DNA of 42,163 bases from Candidatus Magasanikiibacteriota bacterium (lineage in GTDB: Bacteria; Patescibacteriota; Patescibacteriia; Magasanikbacterales; 2-02-FULL-50-9b). Both the position numbers and the translations under genes were made by a program. The notes beneath the pieces were generated by a model, which was not told where the DNA came from, searched no databases, and worked only from the letters and a program-made list of their open reading frames with translations. The stretch covers positions 1-42,163 of the forward strand of contig JAHFHU010000007.1 in assembly GCA_023246755.1 (NCBI GenBank). The letters run 5' to 3'. This document shows, piece after piece, positions 28,833 to 36,350 of this stretch (position 1 is the first letter of the stretch; every line of letters begins with the position of its first letter).

Positions 28833-28852
28833 GGCGAAGAGGGAGGGATTCG
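28830..28852 (-). repeat. 23-bp direct repeat of the tRNA-Ser 3' end
   Basis: TTTGGCGAAGAGGGAGGGATTCG at 28830-28852 is identical to 28996-29018. Confidence 0.92.
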
Positions 28853-28959
28853 CCCGCAGCGCAAAGCGCCTCGCGCTGCGGGCCTGCTCGCGCACTGCGC
28901 AACCTGCACACACTCGGTTGTGTGCGCTCGCTTCGAATCCCTGCACCCACCACACCATC

Positions 28960-28998
28960 AAAACTTTAAACCCCACGAAATGTGGGGTGTAAAGTTTT
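28960..28998 (-). terminator. Hairpin immediately 3' of tRNA-Ser
   Basis: AAAACTTTA-ACCCCAC pairs with GTGGGGT-TAAAGTTTT. Confidence 0.7.
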
Positions 28999-29085
28999 GG
29001 CGAAGAGGGAGGGATTCGAACCCTCGAGGGGTTTCCCCCTGCCACGTTAGCAGTGTGGTGCCTTCGACCACTCGGCCACCTCTTC
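28998..29085 (-). tRNA. tRNA-Ser(GCT)
   Basis: GAAGAGG/CCTCTTC acceptor stem, anticodon loop CTGCTAA, long variable arm, GTTCGAATC T-loop and encoded CCA. Confidence 0.95.
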
Positions 29086-29105
29086 ATGTAATTTTGAATG
29101 CACCG

Positions 29106-29134
29106 ATTATATCCAAATGCTGTTTTTCTGTCAA
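29106..29134 (-). promoter_or_regulatory. Consensus sigma70 promoter of tRNA-Ser
   Basis: Minus strand TTGACA, 17 bp, TATAAT, about 20 nt upstream of the tRNA. Confidence 0.85.
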
Positions 29135-29175
29135 TCGTTTTTCGTATAAGTTGCAGGTCTGCGCACATTAAAAAG

Positions 29176-29184
29176 TTATCCACA
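29176..29184 (+). promoter_or_regulatory. DnaA-box-like 9-mer
   Basis: TTATCCACA, 9 nt upstream of the -35 at 29194. Function not shown. Confidence 0.4.
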
Positions 29185-29193
29185 CATAACCAT

Positions 29194-29222
29194 TTGACAC
29201 GAATTTTTGATGCATGTATCAT
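29194..29222 (+). promoter_or_regulatory. Near-consensus sigma70 promoter, divergent from tRNA-Ser
   Basis: TTGACA (29194-29199), 17 bp, TATCAT (29217-29222). Confidence 0.8.
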
Positions 29223-29228
29223 TGTTAG

Positions 29229-29693
29229 CACGCTCGCAGAATAAGTTCGCAGTGAATACACAGACCTTAGGGAATGTGCTCAAGGCGAACGAATGTGAAC
29301 GGTTAACCATAAGAAGCAGCCAGCTCCGTAAGAAGAGCGTTGCGATGATGAATCGCGAGGACTTGATTGTCTTGGATGCAACAAAGTGGTGTATGTGCGG
29401 TGGATGAAACTTGTGGGCTTCGGCTTGCATGGATGAGTTCACGGGAACGAAACTTCAAACAGCTGCTCGAAAGGGTGGTGGAAAATTTCTGGAGAGATTC
29501 GACACTCGAATTTAATCAGGATGGTGAGAAGTTTAGGCAAAAATGATTGTTGGTAAGCAAATAAGCCACAATCAAACAGGTCCATCGTCTGGACTTGGCC
29601 TACAGGTCTAAAAGAGCTTGGTATAGGGTAACCTATCGGCCGAAAGCGATTAGAGCTGAAAATGTTCAAGAGGTCTCATTGCCATGAGAGACC
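29229..29693 (+). ncRNA. Candidate large structured non-coding RNA (~450 nt), family unassigned
   Basis: Follows a strong promoter and has no convincing ORF. It contains cUUCGg, GAAA and GUAA tetraloop hairpins with G-U pairs that work only on the + strand, plus nested and long-range helices (see findings). Ends are approximate. Confidence 0.7.
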
Positions 29694-29954
29694 AAAACAC
29701 ATATGCGGGGCAAACATCATTCAAACGTGGATGTAAGCCAATAAAACCGCTAACGGCATGGATGAAAATCCATGTGACACCTATGCCAAGTATTGCGCGC
29801 CAACCAGCGAGCAAAAAAAGCAAACGCAGCTGTACCAAAACAGCAGCGGCAATTAATGGAAGTGATGCGCCTTCGGGAACATCATAACTAAAAGTTGCGG
29901 TACACGTTCTTTTTTTTATAAAATTTGGTATACTGCTTCTGCTCTTTATTTTTT

Positions 29955-30452
29955 ATGTCACAGCGCATCACCACCGAATACGGACAAACGATTTATCACA
30001 TTTGGGACGTCCCGGAATACACAAAATATCCGCATTCGCGCACATGGTACATCGTTGCGGGGGTTTTATTAGTCGCGTGCATCGCATACTCAATTTTTTT
30101 TGAGGATAATTATTTATTTGCGTTCATTCTGCTTTTGGTTACCGTGATTTTTGCATTTCACGAAATGCGTGAGCCGAGTATTACCCAATTTGGTATCACT
30201 GAGCGGGGAGTGGTTTGGCGCGGTTTTCTGTTCTCATACAAAGAAATGCGAGCATTTTGGATAATTTATGAATCTGATGTAAAAAATCTGTACATCACGT
30301 TTAAGAATTCAATGACGCCGCGTTTGACCATTCCGCTTGATAGCATGAATCCGGTTGAGGTGCGCGACACATTGAAAAGATACGTTTTTGAAGATTTGTC
30401 GCACGACGAAGAGCCGTTGTCAGACACGTTTGGGCGGGTCTTGAAGTTTTGA
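29955..30452 (+). CDS. Two-TM membrane protein with small soluble C-terminal domain (hypothetical)
   Basis: WDVPEY...WY, two TM helices, ITERGV and EEPLSD. ATG at 29955 follows a T-rich leader. Confidence 0.75.
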   Translation: MSQRITTEYGQTIYHIWDVPEYTKYPHSRTWYIVAGVLLVACIAYSIFFEDNYLFAFILLLVTVIFAFHEMREPSITQFGITERGVVWRGFLFSYKEMRAFWIIYESDVKNLYITFKNSMTPRLTIPLDSMNPVEVRDTLKRYVFEDLSHDEEPLSDTFGRVLKF

Positions 30453-30483
30453 CGCATGTTTGTTATCATATCTCCACCAGCAC

Positions 30484-30557
30484 GCACTCGTAGCTCAGCT
30501 GGATAGAGCATCAGCTTGCGGAGCTGAGGGTCAGAGGTTCAAATCCTCTCGAGTGCA
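30484..30557 (+). tRNA. tRNA-Arg(GCG)
   Basis: GCACTCG/CGAGTGC acceptor stem, anticodon arm TCAGC-TTGCGGA-GCTGA and GGTTCAAATCC. CCA is not encoded. Confidence 0.95.
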
Positions 30558-30597
30558 AATTTAAAATCCTCACCCGTGTGGTGGGGATTTTAAATTT
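30557..30597 (+). terminator. Hairpin immediately 3' of tRNA-Arg
   Basis: AAATTTAAAATCCTCAC pairs with GTGGGGATTTTAAATTT. Confidence 0.7.
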
Positions 30598-30606
30598 ATA
30601 TTTGGA

Positions 30607-30705
30607 AGGATTTGAAGAGCGAGCGTGCATCCGAGCATGCGTAGGATGCGGTCGCGCGAAGCTCCGGTCCTGAAGCGGCACATGGTTGCCGCCGAAGGCA
30701 AATCC
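30607..30705 (+). repeat. tRNA-linked palindromic element
   Basis: AGGATTTGAA (reverse complement of the T-arm at 30538-30547) and CAAATCC enclose GCATCC/GGATGC and GCGGCA/TGCCGC hairpins. Confidence 0.65.
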
Positions 30706-30720
30706 GAGTAACATTGTTGT

Positions 30721-32754
30721 ATGCGCGCGGTTTTATCACACGAATTTTTGCGGGAGCCGGTTTTTAAGTTACCTCGTTGCGGGCCAGCAATTGCAGCGCG
30801 ACTCAAAAAAATTGGCATCGTGACCATCGATGATTTGCTGCATCATTTTCCGTCGCGCTACGAGGATCATTCGGTCGTGAGCGATGTATCAGCCGTGCAT
30901 GAGGGCGAGTACCCAACCGTGCGTGTGCGGGTTGCGCAGTTGCGTGCGCGACACGCGTTCCGGCGTGGGCGGGTGCATGTGACCGAGGGGCTTGTTGCTG
31001 ACGAAACGGGCTCGATGCGTGTCGTGTGGTTTCAGCAGCCGTACGTTGCAAAAACACTTGAGGTGGGCGATGAAATTTTTTTGACCGGAAAAATTAAGCG
31101 CGATGGATTTGGTTTACAATTTTCAGCGCCATCATTTGAAAAAACGTCGAAGAACGAAACGTTGCACACCGCATGCGTCGTTCCTATTTATGGATTGACC
31201 GAAGGTGTTGCGCAAAAACAGTATCGCACACTGGTCAAAGCCGCGATCGATCAGATGCGCGGTGTCGACGATTGGATTTCAACAGAAATTTGTTGTGAGT
31301 TTGGTTTGTTGTCGTACGATCGTGCGCTCCATGCAATTCATTTTCCTGAAGATCCAAGCGAAGCCGATGAAGCGCGGCGCCGATTTCAATTTGATCACGC
31401 ATTTTTGTATCAATTAAATCAGTCTGTTGTAAAAAAATATACCGCGTCGGTGCAGGGGTGTTCCTTGCCACTCGATGTGGCGGTTGTAAAAGATTTCATC
31501 AACGCGCTGCCATTTACGCTCACCGAGGATCAAAAAAAAACGGCGTACGCAATTTTAAAAGATATGGAGTCGGCACACCCGATGAATCGATTGGTTCAAG
31601 GAGATGTAGGATCCGGGAAAACGGTGGTTGCCGCGATTGCGATGCGCCACGCGGCTGCGCATGGGTGCACCTCAATCTTGCTCGCGCCCACGCAGATTTT
31701 GGCCGAACAGCACGCCAGAACACTTGAAAAAGTTTTGGCGCACGCAGAAATTCCTGTTGTGCTGATGACCGCGACAACTAAAACAAAATTACCGAAAGGC
31801 CCGTGCGTTGTTGTTGGAACCCACGCACTTTTGTATACACCCATTAAATTTCCGCAACTCGGACTTGTCGTCGTGGACGAGCAGCATCGATTTGGCGTTG
31901 CACAACGCAAAGCAATTAAAGAAAAAAACAAAGCAGGTTACACACCGCATTTTTTGTCCATGAGCGCAACGCCGATACCACGCTCGCTCGCACTTATTGT
32001 TTTTGGGTCGCTCGCGGTTTCTTCCATCAAGCAGATGCCGATTGGACGCAAACCAATTATCACTCGTGTCGTCGAGGCGAAACATCGTGAGCGCGCGGCG
32101 CAATTTGTGCGTGAACACGTTGCGCGCGGCGAGCAAGTTTTTGTGGTGACGTCGCTCATCGATCCGTCGGACATGCTGGGCGTCGAATCAGCGACGGAAA
32201 TTTTTGAACAGATGAAAAATGACACATTCAAAAATCTTCGTGTCGCACTCGTGCATGGTCGGCTTAAGCCAAAAGAGCGCGCGGCGGTGATGGACGCGAT
32301 GCGGCGAGGCGAAATCGATGTGCTCGTTGCGACCGCGGTGATTGAAGTTGGTGTTGATATTCCAAATGCGACGGTGATGTGGATTGAAGGCGCGGAACGA
32401 TTTGGACTTGCGCAACTGCATCAATTCCGTGGGCGTGTTGGGCGTGGTGTGACGCAATCATTCTGTTTTTTATTTTCAAATGCGCACGGCGAAAATGCAA
32501 AAAAGCGGCTACAACTCATGACGCAAACAACGGACGGGTTTGTTCTCGCGGAAAAAGATTTGGAAATGCGTGGGGGCGGCGAGATGTGGGGGAGGGTGCA
32601 GTCAGGTTTTTCCGATCTCGAATTTTTGCGTGAGATCTCGCTCGATGTTTGGGAGATGGCGAAAAAATCCGCGGAAAAAATAATGTCCGCGCCGCCTGAT
32701 CCCGCAATCAAATTACAGCTCGACCGATTTGAGCAAGAGTTGCATCGGGAATAA
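30721..32754 (+). CDS. recG: ATP-dependent DNA helicase RecG
   Basis: N-terminal wedge/OB region, RLVQGDVGSGKT, DEQHRFGV, SATPIPR, QFRGRVGRG and DGFVLAEKDL. Confidence 0.96.
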   Translation: MRAVLSHEFLREPVFKLPRCGPAIAARLKKIGIVTIDDLLHHFPSRYEDHSVVSDVSAVHEGEYPTVRVRVAQLRARHAFRRGRVHVTEGLVADETGSMRVVWFQQPYVAKTLEVGDEIFLTGKIKRDGFGLQFSAPSFEKTSKNETLHTACVVPIYGLTEGVAQKQYRTLVKAAIDQMRGVDDWISTEICCEFGLLSYDRALHAIHFPEDPSEADEARRRFQFDHAFLYQLNQSVVKKYTASVQGCSLPLDVAVVKDFINALPFTLTEDQKKTAYAILKDMESAHPMNRLVQGDVGSGKTVVAAIAMRHAAAHGCTSILLAPTQILAEQHARTLEKVLAHAEIPVVLMTATTKTKLPKGPCVVVGTHALLYTPIKFPQLGLVVVDEQHRFGVAQRKAIKEKNKAGYTPHFLSMSATPIPRSLALIVFGSLAVSSIKQMPIGRKPIITRVVEAKHRERAAQFVREHVARGEQVFVVTSLIDPSDMLGVESATEIFEQMKNDTFKNLRVALVHGRLKPKERAAVMDAMRRGEIDVLVATAVIEVGVDIPNATVMWIEGAERFGLAQLHQFRGRVGRGVTQSFCFLFSNAHGENAKKRLQLMTQTTDGFVLAEKDLEMRGGGEMWGRVQSGFSDLEFLREISLDVWEMAKKSAEKIMSAPPDPAIKLQLDRFEQELHRE

Positions 32755-34104
32755 TTATTTTTCAATTTTCTCAAGCACGGATTTAATATCTGAAATCGCA
32801 ACGACTTTCAAATTTTTCATCGCGGGTGCGTTTTTGACCGCAGGCACCAGCGCGAATTTAAAACCTTGCCGCTCCGCTTCTTTTAAGCGTTTGTCGGAAT
32901 TTTTTACGCGCCGAATTTCGCCACTCAACCCAACTTCGCCAAAGGCAAGAACTGTTTGTGGAATTGTTTTTTCAGCGATCGACGATGCAATCGCCATGCA
33001 GATTGCGAGATCAGCCGCGGGTTCGTTAGCCGAAATACCGCCAACCACATTTACAAACACGTCGTATTGATCAACGGGTAAACCCATGCGCCGACCCAAA
33101 ACAGCGAGTAAAATTTGCAGCCGCGCGTTGTCGACACCTTGTGCGCGGCGCTGAGGGAAACCGAACGTTGTTTTGGTGGTGAGCGCTTGAATTTCAACGA
33201 GCAACGGACGGTTGCCATCCATCAAACAAGTCACGACCGTTCCGGGAACAGGGAGTGAGCGTTCCTCGAGTAACAAACCGGATGGATCCGCAACCGGCTG
33301 TAAACCATTTTCGAGCATTTCTAAAACCGCAACTTCGTCGGTCGGGCCGAATCGATTTTTGAAACAACGCAAAAACCGCAAACGATCCGTGCGTTCACCT
33401 TCAAGCGACAACACCACGTCGACCAAATGTTCCAAAGTTTTCGGCCCCGCAACGGATCCGTCTTTGGTTACATGGCCGATTAAAATCACGGGCACGCCCG
33501 TTTGATTGGCGAGTTCCATCAATGCATTTGCAATCGCACGCACCTGCGCAACGCCGCCCGGTTCGCCCGCGACGTCGGGGTGGCGCATTGTTTGCACCGA
33601 GTCAATGATGGCAAGGCTCGGATGCTGCGCGTGAATCGCGTTGTGTACCACTTCATAATCTGTCGTGCCAACAAAAGCAACATTAGATTTTTTTGCGGTA
33701 TCGAGTCGCTGCAATCGAAGACCGACTTGCTCAGCAGATTCTTCGCCAGAAATGTATAAAACGCCGCGCGCTGCAACTGCGATTTGCATCACGATCGTCG
33801 ATTTGCCGATGCCCGGCTCGCCGGCGAGGAGGAGCAGCGATCCCGCGACGATGCCGCCACCCAAAATTTCGTTGACGTCGGCCATACCGACATCGAGACG
33901 CGGCGCGATTTTTGCACCACCGCCTGAATCAAGTCCGAGAGCATGCAACGCGATGGGTTCTGTTGTTGCTGAATTATTGCCCGTTGCACGCCGCCCCTTT
34001 TTTGGTTCGTCGGGTGCCTCAACAAGTGTGCTCCACGCACCACATTTTAAACATCGACCCGACCATTTTTGCGAAGTCGTCTCACACGAACTGCATCGAA
34101 ACAT
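32755..34104 (-). CDS. radA: DNA repair protein RadA/Sms
   Basis: C4 zinc finger CSSC...CLKC, GEPGIGKST, KNRFG motif and Lon-like C-terminus GEVGLSGEIR. Confidence 0.97.
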   Translation of the reverse strand: MFRCSSCETTSQKWSGRCLKCGAWSTLVEAPDEPKKGRRATGNNSATTEPIALHALGLDSGGGAKIAPRLDVGMADVNEILGGGIVAGSLLLLAGEPGIGKSTIVMQIAVAARGVLYISGEESAEQVGLRLQRLDTAKKSNVAFVGTTDYEVVHNAIHAQHPSLAIIDSVQTMRHPDVAGEPGGVAQVRAIANALMELANQTGVPVILIGHVTKDGSVAGPKTLEHLVDVVLSLEGERTDRLRFLRCFKNRFGPTDEVAVLEMLENGLQPVADPSGLLLEERSLPVPGTVVTCLMDGNRPLLVEIQALTTKTTFGFPQRRAQGVDNARLQILLAVLGRRMGLPVDQYDVFVNVVGGISANEPAADLAICMAIASSIAEKTIPQTVLAFGEVGLSGEIRRVKNSDKRLKEAERQGFKFALVPAVKNAPAMKNLKVVAISDIKSVLEKIEK

Positions 34105-34107
34105 ACA

Positions 34108-36342
34108 TCATTGTTTTTCAATCGTATACACGTTACCCATCTTTGCGTGGGTGATTTCTGTTGCGGGCAATTTTACCATACCATTGGTGCTTCCCACATC
34201 AAAAACGTCAAGCATCGATCCGTCAGCGCTGATTCCCGTAAAAATCATGAAGTGCGATTTGTATGTTTTTTCAGATCCGTCTTTTTTGAGTCCGACACAG
34301 CTATGGCACGAAAAAATTACGGGTTTTCCCTCTCGGATAATTTTGCTGAGCGAAGCGACGTTATCTCCCGGCAAGCTTTTACACGATATGCCGGGAAATT
34401 TTTTTCCAATATTATTACACAAAATTTGTGCATTCGTTCCTGCGCAACTTTCGTGTGCGCCAACACTCGCGCTCGCAATCGCAACCTCTTTTGGAGTCAC
34501 TTGTACTCCGTTGTACGCGAGAACATTTGCGAGTGCGGTGATGCCGCATCCACTTTTACAAACAGTGTCTGTTGAGAGTGATCCGTCAGGTACATTATGT
34601 TTGCTCGTACATTGCATGTCACCGGATTTATTTTGATAGGGTGCGTCGCGCCATTGCGAATCACATTGAACATATTTTGGCAATTGTCCCGGAACAATAT
34701 TAACCGCAGCGCCCGGAACGGTGATGCCGTCGCTGCCATCCGAATTTCCATCTTCCGGTGCCCAAAACGCTTCTTGTTTCGGTGCGAGAATATGCAACGC
34801 TTTAAGTTTGGGGAGATCTGGATTGATTACATATAAAACTGTGTATGCAGAAAAAAGTAGAAACAAACCGAGCGCTGAACTATAAACCGAAGTTTTTGCT
34901 GTTTCGATTGCTTTTGTATTTCCAAAGGAGGTCATCCAGCGAATGCCCGCATACATTAAAACAACGATCGCGATTATGACACCAAGACCAATTGCGTATT
35001 TGTAAACAGCCTCGATATATGTCGCAAGATAGGGAATAGAGAAGAATTTTGTTCCACCCGGACCATCTTGCGCAGATATTTCTTGAATAAAATTTAGATT
35101 GGGGATGTCAATTTGAAGTTTCGGTGCGTATTGTTTATACGTTTGTGCGGCGATTTCGGCTTTTATGTAGTCTGGTTTTTCGGCTGCTTGTGTGAGGCCT
35201 GAACTGAGCGCTTCGCCATTTCCAACAAAATTGATGCACACAGCTTTGGTTGGCTGATCAACATATTGAACACAAATGGATTCTTTACCACTCGGATCGC
35301 ATGCTTTTGTGCCGGGGAGCGCGCAGGGACATGGTTTGCCTCCGGCGCAAATTTCTTTGGGCAATTGGGACATGTCGGTAAAAATTGTTTGTTGCGAAAA
35401 GCATTGATTTTTTTTGGTGACAGGATTCGCGAGACAAAATTTTGCACCTGCCTGCGCTTTACAGTCGCTGTCACTTTTACATATTTGAGTTGAGGGTGCG
35501 TTAGCCCCACCGACCATGTAAATTGGATCAATACATCGTTTCGCGATTGCGCCGATACTCGTTAGCGTGTTCATGCATACACCTGGCGCACCATTTATCG
35601 TGCAGGGTCCGGCAACGGCAGGGCAGGCGTCAGTTGAAACAAGTGCTTTGTTGTAACACACATATGAGCTCAGTCCGCTGGGTTCATATGCATTTTGCAC
35701 ACACGTTTTATCGCTCGAACAATTTCCGTTGGTTCCACAACTTGCGGCGTTTGGGTCAAGGACGCTCGCCGGGAGTTTTTCAACGTCGATGCAGCGTTTT
35801 GCCGAGACGAATTCTCCTGTTGTGTTCGCGAGGTCATTTTTAAGCACATCATATCGGGTAACGCGCACGCATTGTCGGGTGCCAGTGCCAACGGTGCAGT
35901 CGGCATTTGTTGTACACCCATCGGCTGAACCTGACTTGCTCGGCAAGTCGCTGATGTTTAAACATGCGGGGCCAAATTTTTTTGAATCCGTCAGTGAATT
36001 AACGGTGGCGCAATTTTCATTTCCGCCTTTTTTTATCGCGCAATTACCTGCAGATCCACACGGAGAAAAATTGGTATGCGGAAGACATGCTTTTTCAAGT
36101 ATCGGCGAGCTGCCGATTGCGATACCGAATTTTTGAACCTCTGCACAATGAAGATTATCCACACATTTGTAACTCGTCGGATTTGCATTTCCAATTAAAC
36201 CAAATGATATGGCATCTGCAGCGCCGCTTAATGAAGAACCGAGTGATCCTCCGACGCCACAATCTTGAAATATGCCCGCGGCGCTCACCGCGGTTGGCGC
36301 AGCGAATAAAATTTGGAAAATGATCAAAAAAAATGTAATCAT
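34108..36342 (-). CDS. Cys-rich exported protein with VirB2/TrbC-like pilin hairpin and C-terminal C39-like peptidase domain
   Basis: Signal peptide, Cys-rich repeats and a two-TM segment YAGIRWMTSFGN...AK...YVINPDL. The tail has YVQCDSQW...GCGITA...SHFMIFTG...FD (Cys-His-Asp). Confidence 0.75.
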   Translation of the reverse strand: MITFFLIIFQILFAAPTAVSAAGIFQDCGVGGSLGSSLSGAADAISFGLIGNANPTSYKCVDNLHCAEVQKFGIAIGSSPILEKACLPHTNFSPCGSAGNCAIKKGGNENCATVNSLTDSKKFGPACLNISDLPSKSGSADGCTTNADCTVGTGTRQCVRVTRYDVLKNDLANTTGEFVSAKRCIDVEKLPASVLDPNAASCGTNGNCSSDKTCVQNAYEPSGLSSYVCYNKALVSTDACPAVAGPCTINGAPGVCMNTLTSIGAIAKRCIDPIYMVGGANAPSTQICKSDSDCKAQAGAKFCLANPVTKKNQCFSQQTIFTDMSQLPKEICAGGKPCPCALPGTKACDPSGKESICVQYVDQPTKAVCINFVGNGEALSSGLTQAAEKPDYIKAEIAAQTYKQYAPKLQIDIPNLNFIQEISAQDGPGGTKFFSIPYLATYIEAVYKYAIGLGVIIAIVVLMYAGIRWMTSFGNTKAIETAKTSVYSSALGLFLLFSAYTVLYVINPDLPKLKALHILAPKQEAFWAPEDGNSDGSDGITVPGAAVNIVPGQLPKYVQCDSQWRDAPYQNKSGDMQCTSKHNVPDGSLSTDTVCKSGCGITALANVLAYNGVQVTPKEVAIASASVGAHESCAGTNAQILCNNIGKKFPGISCKSLPGDNVASLSKIIREGKPVIFSCHSCVGLKKDGSEKTYKSHFMIFTGISADGSMLDVFDVGSTNGMVKLPATEITHAKMGNVYTIEKQ

Positions 36343-36350
36343 AGTTGTGT

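Noticed and set aside
28830-29018. Prophage or genomic island at tRNA-Ser
   Set aside because: The att-like repeats enclose only ~140 bp and there is no integrase or phage gene in the window.
29176-29184. Replication origin
   Set aside because: Only one perfect DnaA box, with no box cluster or dnaA/dnaN nearby. Another copy at ~36155 lies inside a CDS.
28818-29261. 147-aa minus-strand ORF
   Set aside because: It runs through tRNA-Ser, its promoter and the palindromic element, so it is spurious.
29176-29669. Short ORFs 29176..29442, 29207..29407 and 29439..29669 as proteins
   Set aside because: No recognisable motifs, they overlap promoter elements or each other, and RNA structure explains the region better.
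29229-29693. Identification as RNase P RNA, tmRNA or a self-splicing intron
   Set aside because: I found no GAGGAAAGUCC-type RNase P core, no tRNA-like ends or tag frame, no group I P7 or group II domain V motif, and no interrupted host gene. A covariance search is still needed.
33665-34636. 323-aa plus-strand ORF and other long antisense ORFs
   Set aside because: They lie opposite well-supported genes (radA, the pilin-peptidase) and have no motifs of their own.
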